Assembly (NCBI RefSeq): GCF_963921235.1
Contig: NC_086108.1
Location: 107,696,001 to 107,760,000, forward strand
Length of the DNA stretch: 64,000 bases
Direction of reading: 5' to 3'
From: Mobula hypostoma
Taxonomy: Eukaryota
Shown here: positions 23,614 to 34,127 of the stretch, in pieces
Layout of the letters: each line of letters opens with the position of its first letter
Position numbering within the stretch: the first letter of the stretch is position 1
Translations under genes and position numbers: made by a program
Notes under the pieces: generated by a model
What the model was told of the DNA's origin: nothing
Seen by the model: the letters and a program-made list of their open reading frames with translations, nothing else
The model's database searches: none

Positions 23614-25567
23614 CTGGAAGGACTGTTTGGGGCCCTGAATGGTGGTAAGGGAGGAAGTGTAAGGGCATGTGTAGCACTTGTTCCGCTTACACGGATAAGT
23701 GCCAGGAGGGAGATCAGTGGGGAGGGATGGGGGGGACGAATGGACAAGGGAGTTGTGTAGGGAGTGATCCCTGCGGAATGCAGGGGGGGGGGAGGGAAAG
23801 ATGTGCTTAGTGGTGGGATCCCGTTGGAGGTGGCGGAAGTTACGGAGAATAATATGTTAGACCCGGAGGCTGGTGGGGTGGTAGGTGAGGACCAGGGGAA
23901 CCCTATTCCTAGTGGGGTGGTGGGAGGATGGAGTGAGAGCAGATATACATGAAATGGGGGAGATGCGTTTAAGAGCAGAGTTGATAGTGGAGGAAGGGAA
24001 GCCCCTTTCTTTAAAAAAGGAAGATATCTCCCTCGTCCCAGAATGAAAAGCCTCATCCTGAGAGCAGATGTGGCGGAGACGGAGGAATTGCGAGAAGGGG
24101 ATGGCGTTTTTGCAAGAGACAGGGTGAGAAGAGGAGTAGTCCAGATAGCTGTGAGAGTCAATAGGCTTATAGTAGACATCAGTGGATAAGCTGTCGACAG
24201 AGACAGAAAGATCGAGAAAGGGGAGGGAGGTGTCAGAAATGGACCAGGTAAACTTGAGGGCAGGGTGAAAGTCGGAGGCAAAGTTAATAAAGTCAACGAG
24301 TTCTGCATGCGTTCAGGAAGCAGCGCCAATGCAGTCGTCGATGTAGCGAAGGAAAAGTGGGGGACAGATACCAGAATAGGCACGGAACATAGATTGTTCC
24401 ACAAAGCCAACAAAAAGGCAGGCATAGCTAGGATTCATACGGGTGCCCATAGCTACACCTTTAGTTTGGAGGAAGTGGGAGGAGCCAAAGGAGAAATTAT
24501 TAAGAGTAAGGACTAATTCCGCTGGACGGAGCAGAGTTCCTTTTTTAAAGAAAGGGGCTTCCCTTCCTCCACTATCAACTCTGCTCTTAAACGCATCTCC
24601 CCCATTTCACATACATCTGCTCTCACTCCATCCTCCCGCCACCCCACTAGGAATAGGGTTCCCCTGGTCCTCACCTACCACCCCACCAGTCTCCGGGTCC
24701 AACATATTATTCTCCATAACTTCCGCCACCTCCAACGGGATCCCACCACTAAGCACATCTTTCCCTCCCCCCCCTGCATTCCGCAGGGATCGCTCCCTAC
24801 ACAACTCCCTCATCCATTCGTCCCCGCCATCCCTCCCCACTGATCTCCCTCCTGGCACTTATCCGTGTAAGCGGAGCAAGTGCTACACATGCCCTTGCAC
24901 TTCCTCCCTTACCACCATTCAGGGCCCCAAACAGTCCTTCCAGGTGAGGCAACACTTCACCTGTGAGTTGACTGGGGTGATATACTGTGTCCGGTGCTCC
25001 TGATGTGGCCTTTTATATATTGGCGAAACCCGACGCAGACTGGGAGACCACTTTGCTGAACATCTACGCTCTGTACGCCAGAGAAAGCAGGATCTCCCAG
25101 TGGCCACGCATTTTAATTCCACATCCCATTCCCATTCTGACATGTCTATCCACGGCCTCCTCTACTGTAAAGATGAAGCCACACTCAGGTTGGAGGAACA
25201 ACACCTTATATTTCGTCTGGGTAGCCTCCAACCTGATGGCATGAACATCGACTTCTCTAACTTCCGCTAAGGCCCCACTTCCCCCTCGTACCCCATCTGT
25301 TACTCATTTTTATGCACACATTCTTTCTCTCACTCTCCTTTTTCTCCCTCTGTCCCTCTGAATATACCTCTTGCCCATCCTCTGGGTTCCCCCCCCCGCC
25401 TTGTCTTTCTTCCCGGACCTCCTGTCCCATGATCCTCTCGTATCCCCTTTTGCCTATCACCTGTCCAGCTCTCGGCTCCATCCCTCCCCCTCCTGTCTTC
25501 TCCTATCATTTTGGATCTCCCCCTCCCCCTCCAACTTTCAAATCCCTTACTCACTCTTCCTTCAGTT

Positions 25568-25603
25568 AGTCCTGACGAAGGGTCTCGGCCTGAAACGTCA
25601 ACT
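25568..25603 (+). ncRNA. Minimal hammerhead ribozyme motif (right arm; one stem I mismatch)
   Basis: agtcCTGACGAagggtctcggcctGAAAcGTCaact. Confidence 0.7.
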
Positions 25604-25964
25604 GCACCTCTTCCTACAGATGCTGCTTGGCCTGCTGCGTTCACCAGCAACTTTGATGTGTGTTGCTTGAATTTCCAGCATCTGCAGAATTCCTGTTGTT
25701 TACAGTTTACAACGACCAATTAACCTACGAACTGCTACATCTCTGAACTGTCGGAGTAAACTGGAACAGCTGGAATAAACCCACATGGTTCAAAGTGGCA
25801 GAATTGAACTCTGAACTGGATATGCTTATGCTCTGACCTATTATTATTGCCCATCAGGTCTATGACAGAAATCCACTCTTGCTTGGCTCTTTTCAATACT
25901 GTGTGCACGACTGTCGAGCATCTCTGCTCCAAAAGTGGAATTCACAGTGGCTATCAAATTAATG

Positions 25965-26480
25965 TCTTTCCATCAACATAGTCAACATGTCGGCCCATGA
26001 CTTCCTCTTCGGCCACAGTGAGGCTACTTTCAAAGAGGAGCAGCAACATGTCATATTGCATGTGGCTGGCCTCCAACCTGACGGCGTGAAAATCGATTTT
26101 TCCTTCCTGAGATCGTTATTTCTATTTTTTCCCCTCCCCTTTCCCTCCTCTTTCATTCCCCACTCTGGTCTCTTACCTCTTTTCCTCACCTGCCTATCAC
26201 CTCCCCTGTTGCCCTCTCTTCTTCTCTTTCTCCCATGGTCCACTCTTCTCTCCTATCAGATTCCCTCTTTTTCACTCCTTTACCTTTCCTACACGCCTGT
26301 CTTCACCTAATATCTTCCAGCTTGTCCTCTTGCCCCTCCCTCCTCCTTTTTTATCTTGGCATGTTCCCCCTTTCTTTCCAGTCCTGATGAAGTGCCTGGG
26401 CCTGTAGCATTGAGTGTTTATTCCCCTCCATAAGTGCTGCTTGATCTGCTGAGCTCCTCCAGCATTTTGTGTGTACTGCT
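25965..26480 (+). mobile_element. Older Penelope-like 3' fragment
   Basis: Decayed GIY-YIG tail (EEQH..LQPDGVKIDFS), pyrimidine-rich UTR, decayed ctgatga motif at about 26384. Confidence 0.7.
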
Positions 26481-26721
26481 CATTTTGATCTCGTTTGACT
26501 GGCTTCTAAAAATTTCATTGATGCAAAAGAATGTGCTGAGGAATGTGGAAACTCGAGACCAACACCACCTCCATAGATTCATTAGATCATATTAAGGTCA
26601 GTCATTTCTCTTTGGCAAGAGATTTTCAAGTGAATATCTCAATAGGTGTTAAGTGTGTTCTTGAAACTTTTTTTCCTCGGGCATTGTTTTAAACAAAATG
26701 AAATAATTATTTCCTTTCGAA

Positions 26722-27328
26722 AGCACAAGAGATTCTTCAGATGCTGGAAATCTTGAGCAGTACACACAAAATTCTGAACAAACTCAACAGGTCAGGAATC
26801 ATCTATGGAATGGGTTAAACAGTCAGTGTTTCAGGCTGAAACCCTTAATCAGGAATTGAAAGTAAGGAGGTAGATACCACACTTATGCATTTGGTGCTCC
26901 CGATGTAGCCTCCTCTACCTTGGTGAGACCTGACATAGACTGGGGGATCGCTTTGAGCACCTCCGTTCCATCAGCACAAAGCAGAGGTTTCTGGTGGCTA
27001 GCTAGTTTAAATCCAACTCCCTTCCCGTTCTGACATGTCAGTCCATGGCCTCCTCTTATGCCATGATGAAACTACTCTGGTCCAATGTTCCTTCTAAGTA
27101 GACACCAACTTGATGGCATGAACATCAATTTCTCCAACCTCTGGTGTTTTTGTCCCTCTCCCCATTCCCTCTGCTTCATTTCCTCACTCTGGACTCTTAC
27201 CTCTTCTCATCTGTCCTTCAGCTGCCCCTGGTTCCCCTCACCCTTCCCTTTCTCCCACAGTCCACTCTCCTCTCCTATCAGATTCCTTCCTCGGCTGACC
27301 TGCTGACCTCTTCCAGCGTTTTGTGTGA
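26722..27328. mobile_element. Older Penelope-like foldback
   Basis: Minus-strand 3' end (26722-26870) joined to a plus-strand GIY-YIG remnant (ctctaccttggtgagacc) and 3' end; imperfect flanking repeat atttc(c/t)tttc. Confidence 0.65.
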
Positions 27329-27745
27329 TTTCTTTTCAAGCCCTCGGCAGTAAACTCCGTTAGATTTCTGGGCTTTTTTGACAGGTAGTTTTACATTGAA
27401 GTGTTGCATCAGTTTTGTTTGCTTCATGTAAAGGGATGGTGAGGGTGCAAGGGATTGTATCACACATAACGGGTGAACAGCATGGGTCACGTGTGTTGGG
27501 GGGGGAGGAGGCTTCAGATGTCATTGGGTTCATTCCTGGGATGTGTGTGTTGTTCATGTTCACTGCTGAGAAGTTGGTGGTAAATTTCAGGAGCCATCAA
27601 CCATGTCATGGCCCTTGGACCATTAATTTATATTTATTTTGTCATATATGCATAATCTATGTTAAGTCTATGTTAACTTATGTTTGTCCCTATCTTACAG
27701 TATAATGCTCCTGCAAAAAAAGCTAGCTTCTTACCACATTTTAAC

Positions 27746-27850
27746 CACATTTTATAATGCTGTTTACTCTGTAAATAAGTGCTGATATAATCATAATTAT
27801 AATTATTATACCAGCATATATTTACAGTGCTAACAGCATTATAAAATGTG
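27746..27850. repeat. AT-rich 105-bp imperfect palindrome
   Basis: cacattttataatgctgtt...aacagcattataaaatgtg, arms about 46 bp. Confidence 0.8.
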
Positions 27851-27859
27851 ATGTATATT

Positions 27860-28135
27860 ATTCCTTGTGGTAATACAGGACCAAGTGGTTAACACAAAAT
27901 TTATCAAAAATAGATCATAAAAGACCAACAAATTTGCGATGATAACTGCAGAAAATGCCAAGAAAAACCAGAAACAATCCAACACTTTACAGGATCCTGC
28001 AACAGTTTAACTTAATCTAACTACTTACAAGAGGCAATCATCATTCACCAAATTCTTGCTTTAAAATACAAACCCATAAAAGACACCAAACATTATAAAT
28101 ACAAGCCTGATCCAGTTTTTAGAGTCAGAGTCCTA
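27860..28135 (+). mobile_element. R4/Dong-like LINE fragment (CCHC region)
   Basis: IQDQVV..CRKCQEKPETIQHFTGSC; similar to 60240-60425. Confidence 0.7.
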
Positions 28136-29757
28136 CTGGCATGCACTTTCTCTCTTGCTGCTACACAGTGGTGGCATGGTAATGTAGCAGTTAGCATAAT
28201 GCCAGTGACCTGGGTTTAATTCCGCCATTGTCTGTAAGGAATTTGAGTGCTCGCCCTGTGACTGCGCGGTCTTACTGCAGGTGCTCTGGTTTCCTCCCTC
28301 ATTCCAAAGACACATAACTTAGTAGTTTCATTGGCCACAGGGGCGTAATTGGGTGGTGTGGGCTCATTGCGTCAGAATGGCCTGTTACTGTACTGTATCT
28401 CTAATAATTGTATTGTGCACTCTCTTCTTTTTGCTGCTTTGGCATAATTGATGTCAGCATGCACAGAAGCAAATGTTTTTCCACCGTGTTTTGGAACTTG
28501 TGACAATGATAAATCAATACTGAGGGTGCTATGCCAGTGTCCCCTCAACCATTTGGCTCCTGAACCAGAGTTGGCAATTCCACTCACCTCAGCTCTGAAT
28601 TGATTCCACATCTGTGGACTCACTTTCAAGGATTCCACCACACATTCTCTGTATTGTTCATAACGTATTCAATAAGGTGAGTACCAGAAATACTTTTCCC
28701 ATGACAGAAACATGCTCTGTTCTCGCTGCTACCATCCAGAAGGAGGCACAGGAGCCTTAGGGCTCACACCTCCAGGTTCAGGAACAATTATTACCCCTCA
28801 ATCATCAGGCTCCGAAGCCGGCATGTATAACTTCACATCCCAACACTGAACTGATTCCACCACCTGTGAACTCACTTTCCAGGACTCTACAACTCATGTC
28901 GTTGGTTTGTTTGTTTTTTTTATCTATCTATATATCTATCTATTTATTGTATTTGCACAGTTTATCTTTTGTCCATTGTTTGCTTGCCAGTCTTAGTAGT
29001 TTTTTCATTGATTCTTTAGTATTGCTTGTTCTACTGAGAACACCTGTAAGAAAGTGAATCTCAGGGTAGTATATGGTGACATGTATGTATTTGATAATAC
29101 ATTTACTTTGGGCTTTGAATCTGGAGCAATAGACAATCTGCTGGAGGAACTCAGTAGGTCAAGCAGCATCTGAGGGGTGGAGGAATCAGTAACTATCCGG
29201 ATTCAGAGTTTTGAAATGATACGCCCACAATTCCTTTCCTCCCTCCAGTGCTGCCACTTTCCTCCTACTGTGCGTTACTCCAGCAGATAGTTTGATAAAC
29301 CAGTGCAGCTCATCTGATGAACACACTGCAGCAGTCGGAATCAGGTATCATATGACTGACATTTCCACTGACCTGTATGTCATGAAATTTGTTGTTTTGT
29401 AGTAAAACTACAGTGCAATACAGTAAAAAACTATAAATTACAATAAGAAATAGATAAATAAATTTCAATAATGTGTTAGAAGAGAGCAAAGGATATTGAG
29501 GTTGTGCAGAAAAGGTTTTCAAAGAGTGTTGCAATAACTCAACCGACTGTGCCTATTTGTTAATATTATTATGCTAATTATTTTTGTGCTCTATTATGTG
29601 ACATATGTACTGTGTTTTGCACCTTGATTACTGTGTTTAGCCGTATACATGCGTGGGGTGAATGACAGTAAACTTGAACTTGAAATTATAGGTAGAACCT
29701 GAACAGACTGGGACTTTATTCCTCAGAGTGTTGGAGACAGAGAGGTGATCTTATATA

Positions 29758-30427
29758 TAGTGCTGTGCAACAGCCTTGGACACACATATATACAAACAAG
29801 AGAAAACCTGCAGATGCTGGAAATCCAAGCGACAAACACAAAATGCTGCAGGAACTTGGGCCAAGCTGCATCTGTGGAAAAAAGTGCAGTCAACGTCTTG
29901 GGCCGAGACCCTTCAGCAGGCACATAGGGTACCCCAGACCTTTGCACAGTGCTGTAGTCATTTTATGTATTGTACTGTATTCTGCCACAAAAAAAACAGA
30001 TTTCATGACGTATGTGAGTGATGATAAACCTGATTCTGAAATGGGTCTCTATTGTGGACTGAGAGTGGGAAGAGGGCAGGGAGAGGGGAATCATGTTTGG
30101 GAAAAGGGGAAGGGAGAGGGGAGGGAGTAGGAAGCACCAGAGAGACATTCCGTACTGGTTAATAAACCAATTGTTTGGAATCAAATGATTTTGATTGGTG
30201 TCTCAGTGCTGGGTGTGTCTGCACCCACCTCTGACAGACATTCCTTCTCTGCTACCTGTCCCACACAGCTCCTGCAGTGCTCCACCCTCGTCATTCCGAA
30301 CATCCTTTGCTCCCACCAGATTTACAAAATTGCACTCCACTCCACGTTGACAAATACAGTTCTGTGCAAAAGTCATTGGCATCCCAGCTATATGTATATC
30401 TGCGTTTAAGACTTTTGCACAATACTG
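29758..30427. mobile_element. Composite insertion bounded by two Tc1-type mini-MITEs
   Basis: Mini-MITEs 29758-29954 (interrupted by a Penelope 3' end) and 30357-30427, TIR cagt.ctgtgcaaaagtc; TA flanks; CR1 sequence is continuous on both sides. Confidence 0.65.
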
Positions 30428-30714
30428 TAGGTGTATAATATCATGGGGGTCATAGGATGAATGCCCACGGTCTTTTTCCCAAGGCTGAGGAATCAAAATT
30501 AGAGGGTAGAATGTATGCAAAATGCTGGATGAACTCAGCAGGTCAGGCAGCATCTATGGAGAGGAATAACAAGTCGACCCTTCAGCAGTTCTGCTGGGTG
30601 AAGTGGTTGAGGCCAGTGCAGTAACAGCTTTTAAAAGGTACATGGATTAGAACTGTCGAGAAGCATATGGGTAAAATACTGACAAATAGGATTAGCTTGG
30701 CTAGGGCCCTTATC

Positions 30715-31420
30715 TAAACCAGGATGTGCTGACATTGGAGAGGGTCCAGAGCTGGTTCACGAGAATAATCCCAGAATGAAAGGGTTAACGCATGAGAAAT
30801 GTTTGATGGCTCTGGCCCTTACTCGCTGGAGTTTTGAAAAGTGGAGGTGGGGGGGGAGGTGGGGATCTCATTGAAACTTATCGAATATTGTAAGGCTAGG
30901 TAGAGTGGATGTGAAGAAGATATTTCCTATCGTGAGGATCAGAAGGCACAGACTCAGAATAGAGTGAAGTGCATTTTAAACAGAGAAGAGGAGGTATTTC
31001 TTTAGCCAGAGAGTGGTGAATCTATGGAACTCATTGCCACAGGCAGCTGTGGGGGCCAAGTCATCGGGTATATTTAAAGCAGAAGTTGTTAGATTCTTGA
31101 TTAGTCAGGGTGTCAAAGATGACCGGGAGAAGGCAGACATATGTCTTTGTAATGTGGGAGGAAATCGGAGCATGCAGATGAAACACACGCGGTCACAGGG
31201 AGAACGTACAAACTGTGTCAGCCAAGCAGGGCTGTGGAGACCAAGTCATTGGGTATCTTTAAAGTGGAGGGTGATGGGTTCTTGATTAATCAGGGTGTCA
31301 AAGGTTACAGGAAGGCAAATGGAGAATAGGGATGAGAGAGATAATAAATCAGCTGCGATGGAGTGGCAGTGCAGTCCTGATAGGCCAAATGGCCTGATTC
31401 TGCTCCTATATCGGATGGTC
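30715..31420 (+). mobile_element. CR1 3' fragments
   Basis: VNLWNSLPQ..IFKAE.. plus 3'UTR, with a short V-SINE piece inside. Confidence 0.75.
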
Positions 31421-31964
31421 TCCTGAATTTTTCTCTCATTTGCTATTTTTCTAAAGTAATTTAATACCCAACAGCTCAAGTACGATAAGATACTACATCA
31501 AGAATCTGGCTGTTACTTCACAGAGCATCAAGTGTAGAGGGGATAAAAGGAAAGTCAGTTCTTTCCTGTGGGGGATTTTTCTTGGATGTTGGCAAACTGG
31601 CCTCTCCCCAAGGAGATTTACAAACAGCTGCCATCTCAGTTAATATGCATACAATTCTAGGTCCTCCCCCACAGGAATGCACTGAACAAATGGCCTTCAG
31701 GAGGACAAAGCAGTTTAAGCAGAGACTTTGCTCCTGCCCAATGGTTAAATGTCATGGTCTTGCATTGCACCCTGGTCCTCGTTCAAGAATAACAACAAAA
31801 TGCTTATGCTGTATAGTTAACAAAGTAAAACATCCCATTACAGGATTGGCATCAGGCCACAGAAGACGAGGTTATTAGGACAGACTTGCTTGGTTTTATA
31901 GACCATCTTAAAGGAGAAGAGACTCAGCGAGTTTAAGGGAGCTTGTTCCTGAGATCACATTCAA

Positions 31965-32365
31965 AATATTGAGAGAGAAAATGGGAGCGAGAAATAGAGA
32001 CATACAGAAAGAGAGAGAGAGGAGAAACAGAGAGACAGATAGGGAGAGCGTGAGGGGGGAGAGGGAGAGAGAAAGAGTAAGAGTGAGATGGAGTGAGAGA
32101 TAGAGAGACAGAGTATAAGACAGAATAGTAAGAGACAGAGTGCCAGCGAGACAGAATGAGATGGACAGGCAGAGAGATAGACAAGATAGACAGAGAGAAA
32201 TAGGGTGGAGATGGAGAGGTTTCTGGAGATGGTGGGGTTAGAGATGGACCAGTTTCTGGAAACAGGGAGGATGGTGATGGAAGGGTTTCTGGAGATAGGG
32301 AGGGTAGAGATGGAGGGGTTTCTGGAGTTAGGGAGGGTGGAGATAGAGGGGCTTCTAGTGATAGG
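31965..32365. repeat. GA-rich low-complexity tract plus a minisatellite of about 33 bp
   Basis: (GA)-rich 31965-32200, then about 5 degenerate units of gggagggtggagatggaggggtttctggagata. Confidence 0.75.
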
Positions 32366-32421
32366 TTGAGCAAAGAAAAAGGTGTGTGATTAAGCACTTT
32401 GAAAACCAAGACATTAATGAA

Positions 32422-32919
32422 TGTCTGGGTAGCCTCCAACCTGATGGCATGAACATTGACTTCTCAAACTTCTGCTAATGCCCCACCTCCCCCTCATACC
32501 CCATCTGTTATTTATTTATTTATTTATATACACACATTCTTTTTCTCTCTCTCCTTTTTCTCCCTCTGTCCCTCTCACTATACCCCTTGCCCATCCTTTG
32601 GGCTTTCCCCCTGCCTCTTTTCCTTTTCCCTGGGCCCACCTGTCCCATGATCCTCTCATATCCCTTTTGCCAATCACCTGTCCAGCTCTTGGTTCCATCC
32701 CTCCCCCTCCTGTCTTCTCCTATCATTTTGGATCTCCCCCTCCCCCTCTCACTTTCAAATCTCTTACTAGCTCTTCTTTCAGTTAGTCCTGACGAAGGGT
32801 CTCGGCCCAAAACGTCGACTGTACCTCTTCCTAGAGATGCGACCTGGCCTGCCGTATTCACCAGCAACTTTGATGGTCTGTTGCTTGAAATTCCAGCGTC
32901 TGCAGATTTCCTCGTGTTT
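32422..32919 (+). mobile_element. 5'-truncated Penelope-like 3' end
   Basis: Matches 25215-25701; 11-bp TSD ACATTAATGAA; hammerhead motif at 32785-32820 with GAAA changed to AAAA. Confidence 0.88.
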
Positions 32920-33569
32920 ACATTAATGAACTATGTAGGTCAATGTGCACGAGGGGCTTGAGATAGCTGGAGTCAGGACGTGCATAGCTGAGTTTTGGAC
33001 AAACCAAAGATTACTGAGTGTACACTGCGGGACACTGGTCTGATGAGTGTCAGAACGGTGTGCAACAGGTCTGCAAGTTAATAATAAAAAAAATGAATTC
33101 CTCCTTGCAAAATGCAGTGTGGTTTCTGACATCAGTGGCTGGCTGCCTTGTCATGTGAAGCCAAACTTGTGCTGGTCCCAGGTGGAGTGTTGTCATGATT
33201 AGACGGTATTTCTTTTAACATTCTGCCTGGGGTTTTAACAGAATGTACACAGCAGCAGTAACAATCCTTCCCTGAACTCATTTGAAAATTCATGACACAA
33301 AAAGAAGGTCAAGACTCGTAACGTGGGGGAGTGAAAAAAGCCCGGCATCTCATAAAACAATCTGCTTACATGCATTCAGCATCAAGCACGTTATCCAAGG
33401 CATCTGACCTTTGTAGAACCGCTCGGCGAGAACCGGTGTTGTCTGTGCTGTGGGACCAGGGGAGAGAAAGCAAACAGAGGATGACACATGTCTGCGATGC
33501 GATGAAGCAAGCCGGTCAGATTGGATTGATTTTATATTTATCATCAAAAAATTTCAAGCGAAACAAGTC

Positions 33570-34087
33570 AGAATTTGGAGTATTGTGTGCCGTTCCGGTC
33601 ACCAACTACAGGAAAGATGTCAATAAGATTGAAGGAGTGCAGAGAAAATTTACAAGAATGTTGCCGGGTCTTGAAGACCTGAGTTACAGGGGAAGGTTGA
33701 GCAGGTTGCGACTTCATTCCCCGGAGCGTAGGAGAACGGGGGGAGGATTTGCTAGAAGTATGCAAAATTATGAGGGGTATAGATAGGGTTAACACAAGCC
33801 GGCTTTTTCCACTGGGACTAGCATGAGAGCTGATAGGTCAAGGGTGAAAGGTGAAATATTTAAGGGGAATCTGAGGGGAAACTTCTTCGCTGAGAACCTG
33901 GTGCGAGTGTAAAGTGAGTTGACAGACGTGGGTTTGATTGCAACATTTAAGGGAAGTTTGGATAAGAGCATGGATGGGAGGGAAATGGTCCGGATGTGGT
34001 TGATGGCATTAGGCAGAGTAACAGTCTGGCACTGGCAAGGTGGACCAAAGAGCTTGTTTCTGTACTGTAATCCTCTATGACTCTGTG
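33570..34087 (+). mobile_element. CR1 3' fragment
   Basis: YRKDVNKIEGVQRKFTRMLPGL..LSYRGRL; ctctatgactct tail. Confidence 0.75.
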
Positions 34088-34127
34088 GAGGGAAAGGAAA
34101 TTAAACTTGATACCATGCGTTTGAAGA

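Larger units (their letters stand above)
22897..25701. mobile_element. Penelope-like (Neptune-type) element in inverted, head-to-head arrangement
   Basis: Arms 22897-24022 and 24537-25664; RT motif LRYIDDC (minus, about 24330-24350), CxxxxCxxC linker, GIY-YIG (VIYCVRCSRCGLLYIGET); 14-bp TSD ACAGTTTACAA(T/C)GA. Confidence 0.93.

Noticed and set aside
25855..25962. Possible exon after cccatcAG
   Set aside because: No donor site before the stop codon; peptide not recognised
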